From Candidatus Methanoperedens sp. (GTDB lineage Archaea; Halobacteriota; Methanosarcinia; Methanosarcinales; Methanoperedenaceae): a stretch of 32,000 nucleotides of DNA. Under the pieces are notes generated by a model, which was given only the letters and a program-made list of their open reading frames with translations, did no database searches and was not told the DNA's origin. Where the stretch lies: positions 90,001 to 122,000 of the forward strand of contig JAPZAR010000024.1 of assembly GCA_027460535.1 (NCBI GenBank), in the 5' to 3' direction. The position numbers and the translations under genes are program-made. Below are positions 16,806-25,274 of the stretch, in pieces (position 1 is the stretch's first letter; every line of letters starts with the position of its first letter).

Positions 16806-17045
16806 ATGTTCGTTAATATACGAATGAATGGAGAAATTATGACCATAACAAAAGATACAACAATAGAGGATGTAGTCAGCCAGTATCCTGAGACCATGAT
16901 GGTATTTATGAGGCACGGCCTCCATTGCGTGGGATGCCACGTATCCGCGTTCGAGAGCATAGAAGATGGTGCATCGGCGCACGGGATAAACGTGGATGCG
17001 CTGGTGGAAGACCTGAATAAGGTCATATCGGCGAGAAAGAAATAA
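16806..17045 (+). CDS. DUF1858 / hybrid-cluster-protein-associated redox disulfide protein
   Basis: TIEDVVSQYPETMMVFMRHGLHCVGCHVSAFESIEDGASAHGI carries the CxxC of the DUF1858 family. The true start may be the Met at 16824 or 16839. Confidence 0.6.
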   Translation: MFVNIRMNGEIMTITKDTTIEDVVSQYPETMMVFMRHGLHCVGCHVSAFESIEDGASAHGINVDALVEDLNKVISARKK

Positions 17046-17124
17046 TCTTTTGGCATAAGCTACGTGTGGAATTCTGATGAATTATCTGCGGGATTAAAAA
17101 TTTTTTGAGTTGCTGCCGGGGAGG

Positions 17125-18042
17125 TTATGCTACTACCCTTGTACCTGTTTTGCCCGCGAGAGCAGGCAGCGCCTTATCCAGGCTTGAGATAATGGCAGTC
17201 TTCCCTCCGGATCTGACGAACCAGAGCGCTGCAAGTACCTTTGGTTCCATGCTGCCTTTTCCGAAATGTCCTTCCTCAATATATTTTTCAGCCTCTGAAA
17301 CAGATATTTTATCAAGGTCTATCTGATCCTCTTTTCCAAAATTCAGGGCCGCTTTCTCAACATCGGTTAGTATGAGAAGGATCTCTGCCCCAACCGCGGT
17401 CGCTATCAGGCTGCCCGTAAGATCTTTGTCAATGACCGCTTCGACGCCAGAAAGCAAATTGTTTTTTCTAATGACAGGGATCCCGCCTCCTCCTCCGGCT
17501 ATAACTACGACACCTTCCTCAACCAGTTTTTTTATAATTTCTTCCTCAACTATCTGTCTGGGCAGTGGTGAAGCCACGACCCGCCTGTAACCTTTTTTAT
17601 CCTTTATCATTTTCATGCCTTTCTCCATCATCTTCCTTGCTCTGAATTCGGGATAATAAAGGCCGATCGGCTTGGTGGGAACCGAGCAACATGACTCATC
17701 CACAATCACCTGCGTGAGGATCGTCACGACCTTTTTCTCTATTCCCTCCTCTTTCAGCCGGTTATCAAGGGATTGCTGAAGCAAATATCCAAGCATCCCC
17801 TGCGTCTGGGCCCCGCAAAGATCAAGGGGTTGCGGATGAACAAGACCGCACTCTTCCTGCATCGCAAGGATATTCCCTATCTGAGGGCCATTGCCATGGG
17901 TCACAACCACATCAAAATCATTTTGGATGATCTGCGCGATCTCCCTGCAGGCTTCATCGATCATTCGCTGCTGCTCAACCGGACTTCCCTTTTCGGGATT
18001 CAATATCGCGTTACCACCAATTGCAATCACTATTCTGGTCAT
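17125..18042 (-). CDS. arcC: Carbamate kinase
   Basis: MTRIVIAIGGNA and VTHGNGPQIGN are carbamate kinase signatures. The start is placed at the internal Met. The 13-codon extension to 18081 runs into the promoter-like direct repeat. Confidence 0.85.
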   Translation of the reverse strand: MTRIVIAIGGNAILNPEKGSPVEQQRMIDEACREIAQIIQNDFDVVVTHGNGPQIGNILAMQEECGLVHPQPLDLCGAQTQGMLGYLLQQSLDNRLKEEGIEKKVVTILTQVIVDESCCSVPTKPIGLYYPEFRARKMMEKGMKMIKDKKGYRRVVASPLPRQIVEEEIIKKLVEEGVVVIAGGGGGIPVIRKNNLLSGVEAVIDKDLTGSLIATAVGAEILLILTDVEKAALNFGKEDQIDLDKISVSEAEKYIEEGHFGKGSMEPKVLAALWFVRSGGKTAIISSLDKALPALAGKTGTRVVA

Positions 18043-18075
18043 TTTCCCCTGAATGTTCAATGACTTACATGGCTT

Positions 18076-18093
18076 TAACATATTATAATTTCG
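18076..18093 (+). repeat. Left copy of perfect 18-bp direct repeat TAACATATTATAATTTCG
   Basis: Identical 18-mer at 20551-20568. The two copies sit exactly at the edges of the AT-rich two-gene block. Confidence 0.9.
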
Positions 18094-18158
18094 GGTACTG
18101 TTAAGTTAATGAGTATGTAAAATACTATCTAAAGTTCTCAAAAATATAAAAATTTTTT

Positions 18159-19274
18159 TTAATTTACTTCAAAACCAAAATCACCTAATTCTCTATCTTT
18201 TTGCCTCTCTGTTTTATACTTTGATTGAATTTCTTCAATAGCAGTCTCCTTCATACCATCAAGTTCTTCTTCCAATTGATTTTTTATCCATTTTTCTTCA
18301 AATATCTGTGCCAGTTTATCTGCTCTATAGCTTTTAGCTTTTATGCGATATTGATTGGGTTCTATAGTTGTTTTTTCTAAGAAATCAATTCTTAAACCCA
18401 AACTTAAAATTGATTTTGCTTCATTTTTTATCACTCCATCATCCAGATAGAAAAGCTCTTTTGATAAATTTTCTATCAATTCATCTTCGCTCACAGTGAG
18501 TCCGGTTTCCTCAATTCTTGCAGCGAATATAAGAGAATCAAGTTTAGAAACTGGATGACTTTGTGGGAAAAAATTAAACATCTTTCTATTTGATAAAACA
18601 CGATTCTTCATTCTTTTATTGAGTTCATGGTCTCGGTGTATCATACTATTTTTTATAGTGGGTGGAATTATTTTTGGTGGGAAGGCTATAGAAATACCTT
18701 CTAATCCTGTAATAGGAGCATGCCAAACAACAATTCCGCCACCTTTATCAATTGTTTTTCTTAAAATGTTTGGCGCATCTATAGAAGGTACTGCGATTAC
18801 ATATTCGAAATATACCATTTCATTTATAGGTATCTTGAGATATTTGGTTTTTATGTAATCCGTGTATTGAGTTATTGTAATAATTCTATCCTTATACTCA
18901 TTTATTATCTTATCAGGATTTTTTGAAATACTTCCTTTTGCTTCTCCGAAAATTGCAATTCTTACTCTTTCTGTCGATTTATAAAGAAGAAAATCTACGT
19001 TTGGAATACTAAGTTCAGCCAAAGGGCTGGCTCGAATAAACCGATAATCAATACTTCTTAATGTTCCCTTCTCAGTAAACGGAGCAACACAAACATTTAT
19101 CATCACTCTATGTTTTCGGTCAATTTCTATGGCATTTTTTTTAGCTTTCTCGAGAAAATCTCTTTTAGAGTTGAAATTTTGTTCCACTTGGTATAATAGG
19201 TGTTTCTTTTCTTCTCTATATGCTTCTATTAGACTTGGAGAGTGTAGGAACTTGATAAATTCCTCGTCGTCCAA
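18159..19274 (-). CDS. Hypothetical protein with PD-(D/E)xK nuclease-like motif
   Basis: 371 aa with a TTG start preceded by GGAGA 10 nt upstream. IPNVD(94)FLLYKSTERVRIAIFGE(111)AK(113)GS fits the D...ExK core of restriction-endonuclease-fold nucleases. The C-terminal ~150 aa are helical and charged. Confidence 0.55.
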   Translation of the reverse strand: MDDEEFIKFLHSPSLIEAYREEKKHLLYQVEQNFNSKRDFLEKAKKNAIEIDRKHRVMINVCVAPFTEKGTLRSIDYRFIRASPLAELSIPNVDFLLYKSTERVRIAIFGEAKGSISKNPDKIINEYKDRIITITQYTDYIKTKYLKIPINEMVYFEYVIAVPSIDAPNILRKTIDKGGGIVVWHAPITGLEGISIAFPPKIIPPTIKNSMIHRDHELNKRMKNRVLSNRKMFNFFPQSHPVSKLDSLIFAARIEETGLTVSEDELIENLSKELFYLDDGVIKNEAKSILSLGLRIDFLEKTTIEPNQYRIKAKSYRADKLAQIFEEKWIKNQLEEELDGMKETAIEEIQSKYKTERQKDRELGDFGFEVN

Positions 19275-19286
19275 AAATTATCTCTC

Positions 19287-20360
19287 CTATTGTCTTTCAT
19301 CGATTGTAGAGAGTTCTGCTTGTTCATCAATAGATTCTGCTATTCCTCGATAGAAACCCAAAAGTGACTCAAAAGTCATTCGATATTTAGGTACAATAAG
19401 GATTTCAGACTCGCTTGCGCTAATATCAAACACTGAACCTTTAATTTCATCAATTACTGTGGAAGTAAAACTCAATGACCCGATTTCAATATTTTTATCA
19501 ATAAATGAAAAATCTTTAAGCTCCTTTGCTAAACTCTCTACAGTATAAGCGTCAATTTCTCGTTTATGGAGTTTAATTACTCCGACATCGACTGATGCAG
19601 ATTTTAGATTTGATTCTCCAGAAGCGATGTTAAAGTTCAACGATTTAGAGATGTTTCTCATTTTTAAAATTGGGTCTTTTATTTCATCTAAGTAATTGAA
19701 GAATAATGAAAGCGCGGGGGATGATGGTTCTTGTGCTGAGAATAGACCCTCATTTGTAAGATGAAGTTTCAAATTTTCATTCACTTGGATATAAATGGAA
19801 GTGGGTAAAACCCCATATAATTCTTCAATTTCCAACATTGTTTGCGTACCGTCATCACCTGTATAGTTGAATCGTCTTTCATAATTAGGCCTAATTCTGC
19901 TTGGTGTATCATCCAATAACTTTCTCTTACTAGTGAATCTATACACAAAACTTCCATTATTCTGTTCAATTGTTTCTTTCCAAAAACGTCTAAAAAAGTC
20001 TGGTTTTATCCACATAGGAGTGGTGCCTCTTGACTTTTTTATTTTATTTTCTACAGATTTTTTATATCTCTCGTTATTTGCTGTTGTGAATAATAATAAT
20101 AAACCCGGACTATATTCCAAAGCATAGTATATTTCTTCAATTTCATCAGAAGATTCTACCTCTGGTGTAACTTTAAAAATTGCGCCTAATTGCGTAATCT
20201 CATCTATTTTAAACAAGGTGGTTTGCCATGAATTATCCGAAACAAGAATGCAATAAATTTTAAGCCAATTCTTTCTTTCCTCTTCAAATATTTCATCGGA
20301 GTGTTCCATGAGATAATCTAAAAACTCACCCACTGAATATTCTTTTTCAGGAATTTTCAT
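19287..20360 (-). CDS. Hypothetical protein, no recognisable domain
   Basis: 357-aa ORF, first gene of the cassette operon, ending 12 nt before the next gene. An AT-rich TATA-like stretch lies 25-40 nt upstream (20375-20395). No Walker, nuclease or HTH motif was found by eye. Confidence 0.6.
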   Translation of the reverse strand: MKIPEKEYSVGEFLDYLMEHSDEIFEEERKNWLKIYCILVSDNSWQTTLFKIDEITQLGAIFKVTPEVESSDEIEEIYYALEYSPGLLLLFTTANNERYKKSVENKIKKSRGTTPMWIKPDFFRRFWKETIEQNNGSFVYRFTSKRKLLDDTPSRIRPNYERRFNYTGDDGTQTMLEIEELYGVLPTSIYIQVNENLKLHLTNEGLFSAQEPSSPALSLFFNYLDEIKDPILKMRNISKSLNFNIASGESNLKSASVDVGVIKLHKREIDAYTVESLAKELKDFSFIDKNIEIGSLSFTSTVIDEIKGSVFDISASESEILIVPKYRMTFESLLGFYRGIAESIDEQAELSTIDERQ

Positions 20361-20550
20361 TTTATTATCATTACTTCTTTTTTGTATATATAATATACTG
20401 CATAAACTTTATTTAACTCAGTGTTGGTTTTTAATGTTTTGTTCATCTTTGGGGTATACCAAATTGAGGAAGCCAAATACCTAACAAAATTAGATGGTTT
20501 GGAGGTTTAATGTTTTAAATCCGAGGTTATTTTACCCCTACTCCTTAATC

Positions 20551-20568
20551 TAACATATTATAATTTCG
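20551..20568 (+). repeat. Right copy of perfect 18-bp direct repeat TAACATATTATAATTTCG
   Basis: Identical to 18076-18093. Confidence 0.9.
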
Positions 20569-20612
20569 TTACCTCTATATACTGTGAGATTAATTTCAAC
20601 TGGGTACCTGAA

Positions 20613-21788
20613 ATGAAGACATGCATAATGTGCGGCGGCGAGGGAACAAGACTTCGGCCTCTTACTTTTGACAGACCAAAACCAATGATCCCGCTTTTGA
20701 ACAAGCCATCGGTCGTGCATCTGGTGGAACACCTTGCCAAGGAAGGTTTCAACGACATTGTGCTCACCCTGGGTTATCTCGGCGGGGAAATAGAAAATGC
20801 GCTGGGCGACGGGAGTATGTACGGTGTTCATATCGAATATGTACATGAAATAGAAAAACTGGGAACCGCAGGCGGTGTAAAGAATGCAGAGGAACTCTTC
20901 GAGGGCGAGCCTTTCATGGTGGTCGGGGGAGACCATGTCATGAACCTTGGATTGCGGGAGTTCGTGCGCTTCCATGAGGAGAACGATGCCATCGTGACGA
21001 TCGGTTTAATCCCCATAGACGACCCGCGCGAATACGGCATCGCGGATATGGATGTCAATAACAGGATCAACCGGTTCTTTGAAAAACCCGGGCCAGGTGA
21101 AATTTTCAGCAACCTTGCAAGCACAGGCATATACGTCTGCGATCCCGAGATCCTTGATCTGATACCCGGGAAGAAATACGATTTTGCAAAAGACCTTTTC
21201 CCTGATATCATGAAAAAAGGCGAGATAATCAACGGTTTCCTTGTGCATGGGAGGTGGACTGATATCGGGAACCCGCAGGCTTACAGGGAAGCATGCAGGT
21301 GGATGCTTGAGCAGATGCCCGGGACAAAGATATCCGGGCGATTTAATATCAAGGACGCAAAAGTGACTGGGCCGATAGACATCGCCCATGATGTTTCGCT
21401 GGGCTCGAATTCCTCCATTGTCGGGCCGATAGTGATAGGAGAGAACACCTCCATAGGGGATAATGTATTGATAGGCCCTTATACGTCCATCGGGTCAAAC
21501 TGTAAAATCGGCAATAACTCAAGGATACTTTCATCGTATATCTATGATAATGTGGAAATCGGCGAAAACACAGCTGTTTCCAGTGCGACCATCGATAATG
21601 CCACCAAGATAAAGGATTCCTGTATACTTGAAACCGGTACTGTCATCGGTCCGCGGGTAATAATCGGGAATGATGTCACGGTTAACTCGCAGGTGAGGAT
21701 ATGGCCGGAAGTAAGAGTAAAGAATGGAACCAGGGTCACGGAGAACCTTGGAAATGAGGACTTCGGGAACGAGATAAAAGGCTCCTAA
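20613..21788 (+). CDS. Sugar-1-phosphate nucleotidyltransferase with C-terminal left-handed beta-helix
   Basis: The N-terminus CGGEGTRLRPLTFDRPKPMIPL is the GxGTRxxPxT/K signature. The C-terminal third consists of hexapeptide repeats (IGENTSIGDNVLIGPYTSIGSNCKIG...). Confidence 0.85.
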   Translation: MKTCIMCGGEGTRLRPLTFDRPKPMIPLLNKPSVVHLVEHLAKEGFNDIVLTLGYLGGEIENALGDGSMYGVHIEYVHEIEKLGTAGGVKNAEELFEGEPFMVVGGDHVMNLGLREFVRFHEENDAIVTIGLIPIDDPREYGIADMDVNNRINRFFEKPGPGEIFSNLASTGIYVCDPEILDLIPGKKYDFAKDLFPDIMKKGEIINGFLVHGRWTDIGNPQAYREACRWMLEQMPGTKISGRFNIKDAKVTGPIDIAHDVSLGSNSSIVGPIVIGENTSIGDNVLIGPYTSIGSNCKIGNNSRILSSYIYDNVEIGENTAVSSATIDNATKIKDSCILETGTVIGPRVIIGNDVTVNSQVRIWPEVRVKNGTRVTENLGNEDFGNEIKGS

Positions 21789-22468
21789 TCTTCAAGTATT
21801 TCTACTGAACCGTCTTTTTTCCCGACATAGACAATATCGATTTTTGTGAATATCCCGTGCTCCACGATGCCGGAACATTGCGAAAGCTTCTCGCTCAGGG
21901 TAAGCGGGTCCTCTATCGTTCCAAAATCAGCGTCAAGGATGAAATTCCCATTATCAGAAATGACAGGCCCATCTTTATTGACTCCCATGCGTACCACTGC
22001 TTTTCCTCCAAGCTCTGACACCTGTTTAATAACTAATTTTCGCGCGAAGGGCAGTACCTCTAGGGGAACAGGATGGCTGAGAACATCTGCGATCTTGGAT
22101 TCATCCACAACTATTGCGAATTTCTTTGAAGATAGAGCCACGATCTTTTCCCGCGTATGCGCCGCACCGCCGCCTTTGATCGCGGTGAAGCGGGCTATCT
22201 GGTCCGCGCCGTCGATGTCGATATCGAGAACAGGATGCTCATCCAGCGTGGTGAGCGGGATTCCGCTCTCGGCCGCCAGGAATGCGGACTGGTATGAAGT
22301 GGGAACGCCAAGTATTTTCAGGCCGTCAGCAACGCGCCGCCCGAGTTCTTTGATGGCGTATGCCGTGGTGGAGCCGGTGCCAAGTCCAACCACCATGTTG
22401 TTTTTTACGAGCTGGGCTGCTTTTTCTCCTGCGACCTGTTTGGGATTGATTTGAGTAGAGTTTTTCAT
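21785..22468 (-). CDS. rpiA: Ribose-5-phosphate isomerase A
   Basis: GLGTGSTTAY, DIDGADQI and KGGGAAHTREK are canonical RpiA motifs. Its 3' end overlaps the upstream gene by 4 nt in a convergent arrangement. Confidence 0.9.
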   Translation of the reverse strand: MKNSTQINPKQVAGEKAAQLVKNNMVVGLGTGSTTAYAIKELGRRVADGLKILGVPTSYQSAFLAAESGIPLTTLDEHPVLDIDIDGADQIARFTAIKGGGAAHTREKIVALSSKKFAIVVDESKIADVLSHPVPLEVLPFARKLVIKQVSELGGKAVVRMGVNKDGPVISDNGNFILDADFGTIEDPLTLSEKLSQCSGIVEHGIFTKIDIVYVGKKDGSVEILED

Positions 22469-22650
22469 CAGACCATTCTTTGCCTTTTAATTTATAAATT
22501 TTTAAAACTTAGCTTTATTTATGTTTGGATTTCCGTAGTGAGAATCCTTTAGACATAGCATAATTGATTGGTTTATTTTTATCTTTAGTTGTAAGCGTCT
22601 CTATATAATGGCTTTTGATGGCTTAAAGTTTAAAAAAGGATAGATTTTCA

Positions 22651-22929
22651 TTACTTCATTGAAAGATGAATAGACGAGGAAATTTCGAATATACTTTCCC
22701 TTGCAAAATGAATTATTAATGCTGCTTCAGAGATGTATAGTAAAATTTTAACTGTAAAGGGCAAATTCGGAAACAATAGCTCAGTAAATTTAATCGTAAA
22801 CCAAATGATTAAAATTGTTAGAAAAAAGAGGAAGGTATGCTTAACTAAATTAATTGTATAAGGATATGTTTTAACCCAAATATCATGGTGAATAGATGGT
22901 ACTTCAGGTTTTTTTATTTTATTAGCCAT
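22651..22929 (-). CDS. Small membrane protein (2 predicted TM helices)
   Basis: 92-aa ORF with hydrophobic stretches FLFFLTILIIWFTI and ILLYISEAALIIHF. It lies 24 nt downstream of the RHH-fusion gene on the same strand. Very AT-rich. Confidence 0.45.
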   Translation of the reverse strand: MANKIKKPEVPSIHHDIWVKTYPYTINLVKHTFLFFLTILIIWFTIKFTELLFPNLPFTVKILLYISEAALIIHFARESIFEISSSIHLSMK

Positions 22930-22953
22930 TAATTCACCATTAATTTATTAAGA

Positions 22954-23466
22954 TTATTTTGATAATCCAGATAATTCTAAAATATTTTTTAAAATCTGTA
23001 ATTTATCAAGAACTTCTTTATTTTTATTAGCCGTTTCGTACAATTCATTTATTAGATTAGTTATTATTTTATCAGGCTCATCAAAAATATGAATTGGTAG
23101 ATTTTTATCATTAAGATGCCAAGTTTGTTCTGGGGATTCATCAGATTCACTAGACCACATACGAACCTCATCTTGATACAGAATATATGTATAATTAACA
23201 CCGTTAAATGGATTGGAAGATGAGCCTATTTGCAAAGACGTTTCCCATTTTTTTAGAATTTCTGATATTTTTTTAAGTACATCAGTATAAACGTCTCGTA
23301 ATTTATCAGAAGTCACAATTTTATCATTATCATGACCAAGCGAATATAATTTTAATGAGTTCTCAGTCACTTCAGAAAGATTAAGACCTAACTTTTTCGC
23401 TTTTTCAATTACTTCTGAATTAATTGAAAGTGTTAATTTCTTTTTTTCGGATTCCATACGTATCAT
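22954..23466 (-). CDS. Protein with N-terminal ribbon-helix-helix (CcdA/VapB-like) domain fused to an unknown C-terminal domain
   Basis: The N-terminus KKLTLSINSEVIEKAKKLGLNLSEVTENSL is a typical RHH antitoxin-type DNA-binding module. The remaining ~130 aa are unassigned. Confidence 0.5.
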   Translation of the reverse strand: MIRMESEKKKLTLSINSEVIEKAKKLGLNLSEVTENSLKLYSLGHDNDKIVTSDKLRDVYTDVLKKISEILKKWETSLQIGSSSNPFNGVNYTYILYQDEVRMWSSESDESPEQTWHLNDKNLPIHIFDEPDKIITNLINELYETANKNKEVLDKLQILKNILELSGLSK

Positions 23467-23481
23467 TATTTCATTATTTGC

Positions 23482-23539
23482 ACGTATGTTTAAATAGTTT
23501 TCTGTACATACGTATGTTTTTATTATTATTAGTACGTAT
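23482..23539. promoter_or_regulatory. Three ACGTAT-core repeats plus TATA-like box upstream of the RHH-fusion gene
   Basis: ACGTATGTTT at 23482-23491 and 23510-23519, and GTACGTAT at 23532-23539 (palindromic TACGTA core). TTTAAATA at 23489-23496 lies about 25-30 nt from the ATG at 23466. Confidence 0.3.
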
Positions 23540-23823
23540 AAATTAATATTTCAGAAATGGCTAAAATGCATAAGTTTGTTTGAAACCGAAAATATAATAT
23601 CAACTTCAGTATATTGTTATCCTAAATAACTACCAACAAGAATAGAAACGGTCAAAACAAACGTCCATTTGTTTGTACTTTTTTCTTTAAAGGGACAGAA
23701 ACAAGCTTTTTGATATACCCCTTTTTATCGCTGAAAATTTCTTATTTCTCTTTTTTTCTTTAATTTAAGATAATTGACCGTTGATATCGGGAGATTGCTT
23801 TTTATGAGAATATTAATCATGTA

Positions 23824-24294
23824 TTAATATCCGTATTCATGCGAACGAGAGATAAAATTATCCCACTCTTTTCTCTTCGGAAAATTTGAATTCAAAGGAG
23901 GAAGTTCGCCATGAGTTTTAAAATATTTCACAATAGCTTCTCCCTCAAATTGTTCTATTTCTTTTGTTTTATAATATGAATATTCCAAGTCCTTTGATTC
24001 AATTTTTATATTCACTTTTCTTAACAGATAAATCATATTACTCGCGGGGTGACCACCCATGTTTTTTAAAGCCCCTCCGGCTTCGAACCCCTTTAGAAAC
24101 CTTTTACGTCCTTTTTCCATATCGCCATTTTTACCAATATAAAGTACACCTTCCGAATCTTCCTTTAACCATCGAGGTATTACGACTGGTTTTTTATCTT
24201 TAAGAAGTCTTATTCTATATACTGCTGGATTCGATTCCGCGGAATCTTCAATGTTTCTCCATTCTGTCCAATAAAGAATAGGGGTAATATCCAT
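23824..24294 (-). CDS. GIY-YIG-like nuclease domain protein
   Basis: 156 aa with AVYRI ... VLYIGKNGDMEKGRKRF ... EGEAIVKYFKTHGELPPLN. These match the GIY / YIG / Arg / Glu-x(n)-P.LN elements of GIY-YIG nucleases, although the GIY-to-YIG spacing is longer than usual. Confidence 0.5.
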   Translation of the reverse strand: MDITPILYWTEWRNIEDSAESNPAVYRIRLLKDKKPVVIPRWLKEDSEGVLYIGKNGDMEKGRKRFLKGFEAGGALKNMGGHPASNMIYLLRKVNIKIESKDLEYSYYKTKEIEQFEGEAIVKYFKTHGELPPLNSNFPKRKEWDNFISRSHEYGY

Positions 24295-24465
24295 ATTATC
24301 ACTCAGCTTTCATTACAAAATTAAACATGATAAAATTATCGAAATTATCCCCCGACTTTTGACATGTCATTCTATCCCCGAAGACTCGACGGAACCTCTC
24401 AGTAGAAACATATATATATATTAAATTTCAGAATCATGTGTTAATAGATAGAAAATTTAAATAAA

Positions 24466-25146
24466 TTGGGTGGTATATTAAGAATGAAATTGGGTGGTAT
24501 ATTAAAAATAGTTCCTGAAGATGATAGAAATTTCACTCAAATCGATAATCTTGCTACGTTGAAACAAAAAGTCAAAGAAAGTAAAAGAAATATCATAATA
24601 ATCCCTTTCGCTTCCGTAATTATTCTTATTGTAACAGCAATAGTAATAGCGAAATTCTTTTCGGCACCCGTTCCCCCTCCACCTAGTTTAACAGGGATAA
24701 CCATATTTGCGGTAATCTACTTTATCGCACAGTTATCCGAAAGAGTCACCGAACTATTCAGCGACGTTTCAGTAAAGGGAAGTTCTCCAAGATTAGGTGA
24801 ATACACGAGACATATAAGTTACATTGATATGGTTATTAAAAATACCATTGATAAAAACACGAGAACTCTATTAGAGTTAGACCATCCGTCAATACATGAT
24901 ATGAGACAACTTATTTACTATAATGAGTTACAAAGTTACTATGACAAGAGAAATAGGGAGATTATACTTTGGGCTGTCCCCTCATTATTCGCAGTTATAT
25001 TCACATCACTGACATTAGGGTTGTTTGGGATTATTGGAATAACTTACATACCACACGTATGGGATTCGTTATTCAGCGGGATGATCATTGGAGGCGGAAC
25101 AAAGCCATTACACGATTTAATATCTTACATACAAAGTAAACCATAA
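24466..25146 (+). CDS. Membrane protein, unknown function
   Basis: 226-aa ORF (TTG at 24466; the ATG at 24484 is more likely) with about 4 hydrophobic helices. A 24-bp tandem duplication sits at the start region. Confidence 0.45.
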   Translation: MGGILRMKLGGILKIVPEDDRNFTQIDNLATLKQKVKESKRNIIIIPFASVIILIVTAIVIAKFFSAPVPPPPSLTGITIFAVIYFIAQLSERVTELFSDVSVKGSSPRLGEYTRHISYIDMVIKNTIDKNTRTLLELDHPSIHDMRQLIYYNELQSYYDKRNREIILWAVPSLFAVIFTSLTLGLFGIIGITYIPHVWDSLFSGMIIGGGTKPLHDLISYIQSKP

Positions 25147-25212
25147 AACCACATTCAGTGGCAACTGGCAATATTTATAGTCGCAGATAATCTACATTAA
25201 TGAGGTCGTAAG

Positions 25213-25255
25213 CTCTCTTTTTTTTTGCGGATGAAAAAAACGATAAAAAAAGAGA
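25213..25255. terminator. A/T-run hairpin, possible bidirectional terminator
   Basis: TCTCTTTTTTT (25214-25224) pairs with AAAAAAAGAGA (25245-25255). The 9-T run on the + strand lies 70 nt after the 24466-25146 gene, and there is a T-run on the - strand too. Archaeal terminators are oligo-T tracts. Confidence 0.35.
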
Positions 25256-25274
25256 ACCTGGTTTACCACACCAA

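Larger units (their letters stand above)
18094..20550 (-). mobile_element. AT-rich inserted cassette (non-autonomous; no integrase or transposase seen)
   Basis: Bounded by the 18-bp direct repeat. Sampled 60-nt lines inside give about 20-40% G+C by hand count, against about 50% in arcC. Deleting 18094-20568 restores a compact divergent intergenic region of about 90 bp. Confidence 0.6.

Noticed and set aside
18043-18081. 13-codon N-terminal extension of carbamate kinase
   Set aside because: The conserved kinase N-terminus begins at MTRIVIAIGGNA. The extension lies in the promoter-like 18-bp repeat, so the shorter start is preferred.
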